A DNA stretch of 64,000 nucleotides from Camelus dromedarius (taxonomy: Eukaryota). The position numbers and the translations under genes were made by a program. The stretch lies in the NCBI RefSeq assembly GCF_036321535.1, contig NC_087436.1:65660001-65724000 (forward strand). The letters are read 5' to 3'. Position 1 is the first letter of the stretch. Every line of letters begins with the position of its first letter. Under the pieces are notes generated by a model that had not been told where the DNA came from, did no database searches, and worked only from the letters and a program-made list of their open reading frames with translations. This document shows positions 15,062-26,850 of the stretch, one piece after another.

Positions 15062-15479
15062 AAATACTGAGTAAATGTTACTGAATAGTTATTGGTTCAT
15101 TTTGCATTTAAAATAATATAAGAACTAGAATTTAAATAAAGTATTTTTTAAAAACCATTCTAAAATTACACAAGAATTTAAGGAGTTTTATATGGCTTAC
15201 CCAGACAGGACAAAGTATTAAAAAACATAACTCTCCTAGGATACTATTCTTTAATGGGTGGTATAATCCATTATTTCTGAATATCCCAACTACCAGTTTG
15301 CCTTCTTGTATATATTAATTTATCAAACCTAAAGAAATGCCTTACATTAGAGTCTTATAAAGAAAACACAGTTTGGTCAGTAACAATAATCAAAATCACC
15401 TGTTTGGGTTTTGCTATTACAACATATATAGACTGCTAATTTCCTCCCAACACTCTCACTCTTACCCTGCAGTAGTAAG

Positions 15480-17850
15480 AACCTTCTCACTGGGACAATA
15501 ATGGGGGCCTACTGAGGAATCTGGGCTTATACCTTCCCATTTGCTAATAACAGGCTAGAGTTCCCCTTTCTCCTGCTACAGCAGTAGCAGGGAAAAAAAT
15601 TTTTTTAAAGACATTTTAAATAAAAATAAAATCTCATAACATAATATGAAAATGTCAAGGTTACAATAGAAAATTACTTGTCAGACCAAGAACCAGGAAG
15701 ATCTCAAACTGAATTGAAAAAGAGACAATCAATGTGAACACTGAGATGACAGAGATGTTAGAAAAATCTAATCAGGATTTTAAAGCAGCCATGACAAAAA
15801 TGCTTCAGTGAACAATTAGAAACATACTTAAAACAAGTGAAAAAATAAAAAGCCTCGAGAAAGAAAGTCAGAGAAAATAAAAAGAAGGTATAATGAAGAA
15901 CTAAAATGGAAATTTTGGAGCTGAATAACACACATAACTGAAATAAAGCGACTAATGAGATCAAAAGCAGAATGAAAAGGACAGAGGTAAGAATCAGTGA
16001 ACCAGAAAACAGAACACTACAAACTACCCAGAATAAACAATGGATTGAAAAAAGACTGAAAAAAAAAATAAAGAACAAAGCCACAAGACTTTTGGGACAA
16101 CAACAGAAGATCTAACATTCTAAATTTTGCTCTGTGAAAGATGCTGATAAAAGAATGAAAAGACAAACTACAAAATAGGAAAAAATGTTGCAAGCCACAT
16201 ATCTGACAAATGACTAGTGTCTAGAGTATATTAAAAAAAAAAAAGACTCTCAAAACTCAACAGCAAAAAAAAAAGAAAAATTGAAATTAAAAAATTCCAA
16301 TTAGGCCAAACGGGAAATGTGCAAAAGTTATAGAAACATTTCATTGATACAGAGATGGCAAATAAGTACAGGAAAAAATGTTTAACATTGTTAGCCATTA
16401 GGGAGATCCTAATTAAAAACCTATCAGAGTTGCTAAAGTAAAAAAATAGTGTCAACACCAAATGCTATCAAGGATGCAGAGAAATCAGATCACTAATACT
16501 GAGTGGGAATGTAAAAATGGTGCAGCCACTTTAGAAAATTTTTGGCAATTTTTTTTTTGAAGAAAAAAAATTAAACATGTAACTCAACTACCATACAATC
16601 CAGCAACTGCAGTTCTGGGCATTTATTCCAGGGAAATTAAGACTTTTGTTCTCACCGAAACCTGTATATCAGTTTTTACAGCAGCTTCATTTGAAACAGC
16701 TAAAAGCTAGAAACCACCTAGTTGTTTCAACAGGTGAATGGTTAATCAAACGGTAGTACTTCCATAGCCTGGAATACTGCCCAGCAATAAAAACAATCAA
16801 ACTGTTGATAAACACATTAGCCAGGATAAATTTCTAGAGTATTGCACAAAGTGAAAAAAGCCAACACTGAAAGATTATGTTAGGCAGTTAGAAATGAGCA
16901 CCAGGCAAGGGGAGAAGAAGGGGGAGGGAGCAACCCAGAAAATAACAGTAGGCCTGCAATCAGGATAAGGGGCCTCAACTTTTACTTTAAATATGGGCCA
17001 ACAAAGAAGCCAGCTAGGATCAAACGCTGCAGCTTTGCAGCATAGAGAGAAGCACCCAGCTTAACTTGACCCAATGCTCATTATAATGTAATTAACATTG
17101 CAGTTGGAGCCCCCTCCGGTAGGTTTCTCTGTGTGCATCATGGGTAAGAGCATGAGTGAAAGAGATGGGCATGTCAGAGCACAAGGAACACAAGCTGTCC
17201 TCCAACCAGCCTGAGCACAAGGAATGTGATTTGTCAATCAGCCTGAGCACTCAAAAAACCTGAGGCAGGAATCAATCACGAAAATGCCCCTAAGCCAGGA
17301 TATAAGAACAGGAAAAACAAGGGAGCAGTGCCAGCTATTTTTCCTCTCTTGGATTGGCCTGCTTCCAGTTGGGGGGGGGGGCAGGGAGGTACTGTATGTT
17401 ACTACCTTTTTACTTCACTAATAAAATCTTCTGTATATATCACATTCTCTGTCTCCCATTAGAAATTCATTTTTTTTCAGGTGACTAAGAAGCAGGGTAA
17501 CTTATTTCCTTCCTCCTAGTAAGTTACATGCTATATGGTTCTAATTATGTAACATTCTTGAAATGACAAAATTATAGACAGTGGAGAACATATAAGTGAC
17601 TACCTGGGGTTAAGGGAGTTAAGGGCACAGTGTGGTCAAATGGCTGTGACTTATAGGACATGGTGAGGGACCTGTGGTGATGGAAACATTCTGTATTTGA
17701 CCATATCAATTTCAATACTCTGATACTGTACTACATTTTTATAAGATGTTACCATTTGGAAACTAGGTAAAGAAACACAAGACGTCTTTGTATCATTTCT
17801 CACAACTGCATAAGGATCTATAATTATCCCACAATAAGAAGTTTGATTCA
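15480..17850 (+). mobile_element. Old L1 fragments (ORF1 remnant and 3' end), interrupted by the LTR at 16878
   Basis: A-rich ORF1-like region 15760-16120. ORF2 3' end (CCAGCAACTGCAGTTCTGGGCATTTATTCC). 3' UTR resumes after 17522. Confidence 0.75.
16878..17522 (+). mobile_element. ERV1-type solo LTR inserted in an L1 3' end
   Basis: Starts TGTTAGGCAGTTAGAAATGAGCA. Internal CAGCCTGAGCAC repeats, TATA-like GATATAAG ~17299, AATAAA ~17420. L1 sequence is continuous across it, with imperfect TSD ATTA/GTTA. Confidence 0.8.
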
Positions 17851-17971
17851 AACATGCACACAAACACAGTTTTTCAAATCTTAACTCAGATACCTGTTTT
17901 TCATTTATTTCAGAATATACAGAATGAAAACGTGTTTTCTCCCTTTTTTTGCTCCTTTTCTCCAATAGAAG

Positions 17972-18002
<31 letters not shown>

Positions 18003-18544
18003 AGTTTCTGGAATTTACCTTAAGAGAAATATCTGCTCAAGAGCTGCTTATTTGTTCAACAGCCACCAAATATAGACTCAATCCATGCCTTCAGATTTAG
18101 TAAAGACAGATGAGTATCATTATTTGAACTCAGGAAGTCTTAAACTAAATCTCAAACTCTTAACAAAAATGCACATTCCTTCACTCAATCCTTCATATTT
18201 GGATGAACTTCCAAAATATGTATCTATTCTAGAACTGCCTATTCAGTTTTAGATGCACAAAAACAGCTGTATAATGAATATAAAAGTACTATCAAACTTT
18301 TACTCTGTTAAAACCAGATTTATTAGACTACCAGAGTATAAACTCTGAAATCACTATGGGTTTAAACCCTTGCTCCACTAGTTACTAGTCTTATAGCTTT
18401 ACACATGATTAACCTCATTGTATTTCAGTTTCTTCATCTGTAAAAGGAAAGACTTACTGCTATGTTGGCTGCCACATAACACTCAATCACTGTGAAGTAG
18501 CAGTAGCTACTATTACTAGCAGCAGGACAACTGTTGCATTCCCA

Positions 18545-18900
18545 AAGCCTCCTCGTCAGGTACCTGATTTCCAGACGCTGAGTCAGGAAACACGGGCATG
18601 CGCACTTCGTTCTGGTGCCCCTGGTCTGGTTAGCAGGCCTGACGCTCTGGGCCAGTGGGGAAGCGGCCTGTCCTCGTCCACTAGGCCGTCTTCCTGGGGC
18701 CAGCAGTTCCCCGAAAAGTGCTACTGATGAAGAAGCTGCGAAGGTGATTATAGTCGCTCATAGCTTTGCTGTCTTTAAAGGACCTGGGGCCTGTATGGAA
18801 GTCATAGTTCCGTGGCGGCTTTCATCCCTCGTTGCCCCGTCAGACCTGTAATGGCTTCCGAGATCCCGCGAGATCTGGCTTCAGGGGAACAGGTGTCTGG
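18545..18900. promoter_or_regulatory. Small CpG-island-like promoter
   Basis: About 19 CpGs in ~330 bp against a CpG-poor background. NRF1-like GGGCATGCGCA (18594-18604), AP-1 TGAGTCA (18579-18585), ZNF143-associated ACTAYR-type motif on minus (18797-18811), AATGGC/CTTCCG (18850-18860), BANP/CGCG-like TCCCGCGAGA (18864-18873). Confidence 0.65.
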
Positions 18901-19359
18901 GTTTCAGAGTCAGCAGGTACTTAAAGGCACAGTGTGTCCCCTAGCAGTCTTTGCCTGTGGCTCAGCCTATTCCTAAAGGGCTCAGAAGCAGGAAACAATT
19001 CCTGGGAGTGTGGATGTCAAGTGCACAGCAAGCACATGCGTGATTTGCTCCCAGACATCTGCTATCAGGCCTCCAAGCCCTCTAGGCCCGTGTAGATAGA
19101 ACCGGAGCCTGCCAAAGGCCTAGGGTTAGCGATTCCCCCGACCAGCACTCCTGATGTAGAGCCTGGAAAGGTCCTTACTGTCAGAACTTTTATAACTGCC
19201 AGGGTGTAGCCAAAAAAAAAAAAAAATTATTCCTAATTTCAGTGAATGACATGATGGTCCATCGATTAGCCAGGTAAAAGTTGAACATTGATCTTTATCA
19301 TCCTTCTCCATTGAGACATGTAGTCAATTTGTCAAATAGTGTTGATATTTTTGTCTTAA

Positions 19360-20016
19360 TGTTGCCGATAGATGCAACCGGTTTTCCAGGTTCTTGTCTC
19401 GTCCCAGAAAGAATTCAGAGACAAGACTTAGAGGTTAAAAAAGGTAAAGTGAGGATTTATTAAAGGATGGATAGTACACTCTCAGGGGAGAGCGGGCAGG
19501 CTCAGGTGAGCAGCTGCCTTGAGTTTCTTTAGCAAGTTAGCTACATAGGGTGTAAAAATGAATGGGTAGAATATTCATTGAGGAGGAAAGGGTTTGGGGT
19601 CGTATTCCCTGATTATCATCCCACCTCCACCTTCCCAAAGGGAGGAGGGATTTTTGTCCTTATTTAGTCTGGATCAGAAGTATCATGGTGTTGGTGCGTG
19701 ATGGGTACTTCTGATCTGCAAGGCTAATTTTATTGAAATGAGGGCATAATGAGCAAAGGTTACATTTGGACACTAGAAATTCCTGCCTTTTCTCACCTTT
19801 CTTTGTTCTTCTCCAGGCCACTTGTCACCCCAAAAAGCATGATCCCTTATCAGCCCCAAGGTTCCTGCTTTTCTTTCTCTGCCCAAGGATCCCTGCTGCT
19901 TACATGATGTGTGGTTTCCTGCATTTGGGCTGTGCCCCTCCTTTCTGCCCAATTCCTGCCATTTGGTCTGTGTCCCCCTTTCTCTGCTCATATCTAGCTA
20001 TCTGCCTGCTCTAACA
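19360..20016 (-). mobile_element. Young ERV1-type solo LTR (657 bp), copy 1
   Basis: TG...CA termini, 4-bp TSD TTAA (19356-19359 / 20017-20020), AATAAA on the minus strand near 19456-19461. Confidence 0.93.
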
Positions 20017-20586
20017 TTAATACGTGTGGGATGTATTGTTTTCTCTTTATCAAAATTGTGTGATATTAGTGGTATTTTGTTGTAACAGTTATTAATTCTT
20101 ATTTATCTGGAAAGGCGATTTATTTGAAGAATATTGCATATTGGCCACAGAGTCTGAAAACAAAGTTGGAAATGGGAAGGAATTAAGGCACTTCCAGGGA
20201 GTTGAGTAGTAAGAACTTTTCAACAGCCTCCAGGGAACTGCCTCTAGATTGAATAAACTCCTCCATTAAGCACTGATTCTATTGTAGATGACATGCCTCT
20301 AGGCAATTGGCTGATTTCTCTGAGATATGCTATTGGAGCTTTAATGTAATTATATTTAAGGGCAAATTACTCAGCCACCTTGATAAGGAGAAAGTCCATT
20401 TTGTTGATGCCATCATAATCTCCATCTCTACCTCTGTAGACACTGTTTATGATCCCATACTGCAAACTGCAGTGTTGCTAAGGAAGGTGTTCTGCTGGCA
20501 TCCAGTGAATGGACCGTTGACTTCCAGATAATAAAGACCTTCTCCCTAACATTTAAGCTGACCAGAAGTCTCTATTATTCTGGGAA

Positions 20587-20914
20587 TGTTTTAGAACAGT
20601 TGAGCTACTATAATGGAATACCATAGACTGTGTACTTTATAAACAACAGAAATTTATAGCTCATAGTTCTAAAGGCTAGGAAGTCCATGATCAAAGTACT
20701 GGCAGAGATGATGTCTTGTGAGAGCCCACGTTTTGGTTCATAGCAGGCCACCCTCTGGCTTTGTCCTTAGATGGAAGAAGGGTCAAGGGAGTTCCCTAGA
20801 ATCTCTTTTATAGAGGCACTAATCACCTCCCAAAAGCCCCACCTCCAAACACTACCACATTGGGAATAATGTTTTAACGTGAATTTTACAGACACAAGCA
20901 TTTAGTTTACAGCA
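20587..20914 (-). mobile_element. MaLR LTR, MLT1A-like
   Basis: AATACCATAGACTG...AAACAACAGAAATTTAT...CTAATCACCTCCCAAAAGCCCCACCTCC pattern. Confidence 0.8.
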
Positions 20915-21742
20915 GAGCCCTTTCTTAGAGGTTATTTCACTTACTACTTCTCACAAAAATCCTTGTCACCCATATACCAAATATATTTCTAGTCCTTGTC
21001 CAGTGCCTATAAGTCTGAATAGACACTAAACTTAGAAAAACTGGACCCTTTCAAATGTACTCATCAACAGGGTTTCACTTTTCCACTGCCCTTTAGGGCT
21101 ACATTTACTTAAGACCATAAAGCAAGCAGAGAAGGATTTGACTTTCATCTACCATAAATTAGAAGAAATTTGTATATATGAAGATGGGTTGGGAAGACAA
21201 TGGCTATTCATGAAAGGAATTTGCATACTATACATGCATACACACCACTCACGGAACTTAATTATGTTTTCAGAACCAACTTTGACCTTATTTCAAATAC
21301 ACTATTTTATTCTAAGTTAGAAGTGCTATTTTAAACTCGGTAGAGCTAGTTGGGAATCCAGTTCACAATGAGAAGTTAATATCAGAGAATTTCTTATGTT
21401 CCACAACACTGTATCAGACCCTAGCAGCAAGAAAGAAATTGTTCTGAAATTAGGAAGAAAAGAGGAGAAATTATTTTCCAAACTAAGGGTAGTTTATTTC
21501 AATAACTTAAGAACCTTATGATTCTCAATAAGTGGACTAACATGGTACAAATGTCTTTCCCTAGTCTTTACAGATCATTCTTGCATTATTGCATCTCCTG
21601 TATCCTAAAGAAGAAAAGCTGTTAACAATGCAGTTAGACAAGTTAGATAGCTATCTTTTCTTGGTTCCCATTAAATGGACAATTAAGTCAACTAGATCAT
21701 TCAGGAAATGGTTCAAATAACCAAATAAGCAACAATCTTATC

Positions 21743-22302
21743 TGCAAAATCAAAAGTAACTGACCAACATTGCCTTAATATTTCTTCTGGCTTAACTAAA
21801 CTTCAGACAGGCTCTTTTCTGACTCTAGACCTCATTTTTCTTAGAGAATTTACTTTAGAATACTTGTAACTGTAAATTAATTCTCTGTGGTTTTGACATT
21901 TAAATATTTTTAAAAGATCTTCTCTGTTTTACAACTCAGGGATGTCTTTCTCAAGGACCTGGGAGCCATCCCTTTGAAATAGGTACAAATTTCTGTGGTA
22001 GGAATGGAGCCTAACTCCAGAGGGGGCCAATTCACAAACACAGATGGCCTATTCCAGAGAAAAACGTCTGCAAACTCAGGAATAACTCAATGTGCTCAAT
22101 ACATCCTATTGACCATCCTCCACCCTATATCCTCTGTACTTTTCCTCTAGCTCATCTCAGCTCTTAAAACCCTCCTGCTTTTCGTTTCAGCAGAGTTGAG
22201 ATGAGGCTGAATTCCAGCCTATTTTATTGGAATAGCCTTGAGTAAAGTCTTCGTTGCCAGTTTATCAGTTTAACTTTATCCAGCGCACTTTTTGCTTCGG
22301 CA
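21743..22302 (+). mobile_element. Old ERV1 LTR, MER31/MER67-like
   Basis: Recognisable segments GGGAGCCATCCCTTTGAAAT and TTTCAGCAGAGTTGAG...AATAGCCTTGAGTAAAGTC; TG...CA ends. Confidence 0.65.
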
Positions 22303-22309
22303 TAAGCCA

Positions 22310-22640
22310 CCAATAATGGTACTTCTTTCTATACTTTTATTACTCTATCAACATATGTCCCAGTGGAACACCAGAAATTTAAACAAGGGACATACTGATC
22401 ATAATAACCTCCCATTCTTCATTGTTTGTCTCTTTGCAAGCTATTTAAGGCAAATGCATGTTTTATCAAAAGGATATCATCAATACAGTGAATTAGCATG
22501 CTGTCCTGTGAGACTGTTAACTTCTCAAAGTTTATGTAATTAAATTGGGGCACTGAGTAAAAGGATTCATGTTGATATGATATTAATGTTGATAGCTTCA
22601 TATGAGTGCAATATTATGCTTTCTATGTTAGCACCATTTA
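22310..22640 (-). mobile_element. Degraded ERV-L/MaLR internal pol fragment
   Basis: ORF 22419-22601 contains LIHCIDDILLI (HYIDD motif). Confidence 0.6.
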
Positions 22641-23287
22641 AAAAGTATTTTAACTTAAAGCAATGGAGCAAAAAAGCCTTCCTTGATGCAGCATCCATAC
22701 TGATTTATTCCAATGAGGCGCACATCTGGAACATCAGCTGCATTTTGAAATATGACTTGATTAAACTCTTTAAAATTCATTATCATCCTTCCCATTTCAT
22801 CTCTTTCCTGATGTAGATAAATTTTAAAAATAAATGAAGATACGATAAGAATCACAAATGTACATTTTAAGTATTTGATGACGGCACCATTCCTTGGGCA
22901 CTGAAGCCCAAGGATACGTGATACTGAAAGAATTTGATAATCCTTAATTAGCATTCTCTAAAAGGAAGTGAGGTAGCATGGGAGCCAGGAAATATTGTTG
23001 TAGAATCCTAACTTCAGAAACACAGAGCAGAGAATAGAAAACCATATAGAGCTGAATATTTATAGGAAGAGAATGGGCACAGAGGAAATGAGAGATACTG
23101 GTGAACCTTAATCAGAGAAGGGAAGGTAATACCAGATGTAATTTGGCTGCCACATAGTACTAAACGTGATGCTGGTAGATTACAGAATTTGCAGCACCTG
23201 TAGACTATGTTAATGCGGTTTATTTTCGTAATAAGAGTAGTAAGTAGCAAAGGAAAAGTATTATGCATGAAAAGGTTTTAGTACTAA

Positions 23288-23944
23288 TGTTGCCGATAGA
23301 TGCAACCGGTGTTCCAGGTTCTTGTCTCGTCCCAGAAAGAATTCAGAGACAAGACATAGTGGTTGAAAAAGGTAAGGTGAGGATTTATTAAAGGATGGAT
23401 AGTACACTCTCAGGGGAGAGTGGGCAGGCTCAGGTGAGCAGCTGCCTTGAGTTTCTTTAGCAAGTTAGCTACATAGGGTGTAAAAATGAATGGGCAGAAT
23501 ATTCATTGGGGAGGGAAGGGTTTGGGGTCGTATTCCCTGATTATCATCCCACCTCCACCTTCCCAAAGGGAGGAGGGATTTTTGTCCTTATTTAGTCTGT
23601 ATCGGAAGTGTCATGGTGTTGGTGCGTGATGGGTACTTCTGATCTGCAAGGCTAATTTTATTGAAATGAGGGCATAATGAGCAAAGGTTACATTTGGACA
23701 CTAGAAATTCCTGCCTTTTCTCACCTTTCTTTGTTCTTCTCCAGGCCACTTGTCACCCCAAAAAGCATGATCCCTTATCAGCCCCAAAGTTCCTGCTTTT
23801 CTTTCTCTGCCCAGGGAGCCCTGCTGCTTACATGATGTGTGGTTTCCTGCATTTGGGCTGTGCCCATCCTTTCTGCCCAATTCCTGCCATTTGGTCTGTG
23901 TCCCCCTTTCTCTGCTCATATCTAGCTATCTGCCTGCTCTAACA
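23288..23944 (-). mobile_element. Young ERV1-type solo LTR (657 bp), copy 2
   Basis: TG...CA termini, 4-bp TSD CTAA (23284-23287 / 23945-23948). About 16 substitutions and no indels relative to copy 1. Confidence 0.93.
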
Positions 23945-25149
23945 CTAATTTGATTAGTTTGCATTTTAACATAATTATACATGTTATTTATATTTCAGTT
24001 TAGATGCCGCCTCCTCTAAGAACTTTCTAAGGCCTGTGTTACATGTATACTCAACATGGTTATGAGCCTCAACCACTTAAGTACAAAGCACATTGATTAG
24101 TCTTTCATAGTATTTACTGAAGGTATTTTATATACATATATATATAAAATGTTCACTGTTTGGTCTCTTCTAGATCATAGTTTTCTTGAAAATATGGACT
24201 ATGTCTTTCACATATATGTTTCATAGTGGGAATTCAATACATTCTTGTCAAATAAATGTTAAAACCTTAAGTATGAGATTCATTATAATGATATATTCTA
24301 TACCATTACTCTAACTTCTTATCAGCTATTATCTCCTGTTAGGGACTTTCCTGTGTCACAGGATATGTTCTGATATCTCCTATTTCCTATAGCAATCTTC
24401 TGCAAATTTATCAAATCCCAAGCATTTCATCTGTAAGTAAAAACAAAAGAAGAAAAATTAGCTCAAATATAATTTTCAATTACCTGTGTCATGATGGAAA
24501 AAAGGAATTAATCAAAATCAAATACCATCATATGATCCTCTCTATAACACAATTTATCTTCATTGTAATCTAGTCAGAATGTTATTTCCAAGTTTACAAG
24601 TGTGTTGTATAAAGTTCTTATTTTACCTTGTCACCAAAGTTAAAAGAGAAAACAAGCCATTGCAAAGTGAGGTCAAGGATTTTATTATAGATGAAAATTT
24701 ATTAGAACTAAGAAGATAGTCTCGTGCTGTGATTTTGCTGTGTTGTCACTAACTTGTTTTCTGAAATGGGGCATATTTTCTCTTAAGCTGTTTGTAAAAT
24801 AACCACAATTATTTTCTCCCTTTGTTCTAAAGCAACCATCAAATTAGGCAAATTAACAATTTTCATTATTGCTTATTCTGAGTGATTTATCAATCCATCT
24901 TATTTTAACTGGTACATTCCGTTTACAAAAGAACCAATATTATATAATTTAAGATAAGAGGCATATCGATTTTAATTTTTTTATTTTTATGTTTACTACT
25001 ATTGCTCGATGATATCCAAACACTACATCTAGATACTATTTACCAAGAGTTGAATAAAGCATGCTTCATTTCCATTTGTGAATAACAAAGACTTGTGATT
25101 ATATAACTTAAAAATAACGAAGAGTGTAAAGTAAACTAGACCAAAGGTA

Positions 25150-26850
25150 AAATCAATAAGCAAACAATTGACTCTCAGCTCCTGGTCAAAGTCAGACTGC
25201 TTATGCTATTTTAATTTCAAATAAATGCTCTGGTTTGCCCTAGCTCTTGCCCATTTCATGTCCAGCTTTCCTTCCTTACTGCCAGTTAGTCTGATCTAGA
25301 GTCACTGGTTTAATACTAGTTGCAGATGAAACAACCTTACAAGGATTTCTCTACCAGCTCCTGCAATTGCATAAGGTATAAACTTTACAATAAATCATTT
25401 ATTCTATATCCATATCTATATGAATAAATTTCTTATTCAATCATTCATGCTCTTTTCATTTCTCTAATCAAGCACTAACTGATACATAGTTGAAGTAATA
25501 AGATATAATTTCCCAACCAATATATTTTCATTTCTTTTTGTATAAGATACAAGTATGGGCATTTGAGCAATATGTAAGATATGATAATTACATGGCATCT
25601 GATGCTTGGAAAATTAACGCTTCAGGAGAAAGACAAAGACTAAAGATAATAAGCCATCCTTTAATAGTCAAGTTTTTAAGCCAGAAAAAATTACTGGTAA
25701 AATATAGAAAGACTCTAGTTTTCTGCATCAGAAAGCAAAAAAAGATTAGAAGACAAATGATTAAATTATAAGAGAAGCAACCTAAAGGATGCAAGTTTGG
25801 TGGGACCCTGTTATATCCCCTGCTTAATTCACTGTTCCCGCCCAAAACCTGATAGATCCAGAGGATATCAGTAGATTATCACAAAAACAATCAAATTGTT
25901 TTCCATTGCAGCTGCTGTATTAGATGTTCTGTCTTTGCTACATCGCATTACTACAGCCTCAGGTATGTAGGATGCATTCATTAGTCTGCCAAATGTAGCA
26001 GTATCCATCCTTATCAGGAAAATAAATCATATACAGTTTGCAGTGGACACACTGGACACCCAAGTAGTATACTTACAGTCTTATTGTGGTGTATGTTAAC
26101 TTGCCATTGGTTCTGCTATGAAAGTGAACTGATATCTGGGTGCTCTGTGGAACATAACCCTGTTGCAATTATATCAATGTCTTCATGTTAATCAAACTAG
26201 ATAGTCAAAAAGTGACAACACAATGGAGACCTTGTGATGTAAATGCCTTTGAGAGTTTGGAATATATTATTATAAAATTTCAGGAGCCTAACACACCAGT
26301 GGCCTTAGGGGTCCAGTATTCTGAGGTTACAGAGATACTACTAAAAATGTACAAAATGAATTATTTCATTTGATTTATTCTGTCACTAAGGTGTAATCAC
26401 AATGCCTATCACACTTCTTTGGGTTCTGGAGGCAGCATGTTCTACAGTTATGGATACAAACTTAATTCATATACCAGATGAATCAAACCGCTAGTGGGGC
26501 AGACATGAGCTTCCAGGAGGCCTAGAACCCTGTCCCATTTCACCCACAGATATTGTACTGGCACCTGTCTCTCAACTATCTCAGACCTAGGATAACATAG
26601 GTATCCCTATGAACCTATAGAAAAGGGGAAAATAGAAGCTTTGTAATAGATGGGTTCACTAAGAATGTGGAAAAAAAAAAAAAAAACACCCTGCAGTGGC
26701 ACTACAGCCCTACAGCCCTACAGCCCACTTAGAGCTGGCCCTGTGAGATAGCGCGGAAGGAAAACCCTCCCAGCCAGGCAGAACCTTGGGTGGTGCGCCT
26801 CATCATCCACTTGTGCAAGAACATACAACCCAAAGTAAGGATCTATGCAA
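25150..26850 (+). mobile_element. Ancient ERV-L remnant: LTR (ends ~25486) plus degraded pol
   Basis: LTR end ...CTAACTGATACA. Decayed RT/RNase H motifs (KFQEP...LGVQ, FFGFWRQH, DGF, EGKPSQ..AE). Confidence 0.65.

Noticed and set aside
18615..18851. 78-aa signal-peptide-like ORF (MPLVWLAGLTLWASG)
   Set aside because: GTG start inside the promoter-like GC patch, and no family recognised.
19766..23942. Duplicated 82-aa and 72-aa ORFs as a small gene family
   Set aside because: They lie wholly inside the two solo LTRs and are incidental frames.
19360..23944. A single 4.6-kb provirus bounded by the two near-identical LTRs
   Set aside because: Outer flanks (TTAA vs CTAA) differ, each LTR has its own TSD, there is no PBS or PPT, and the spacer is ancient repeats.
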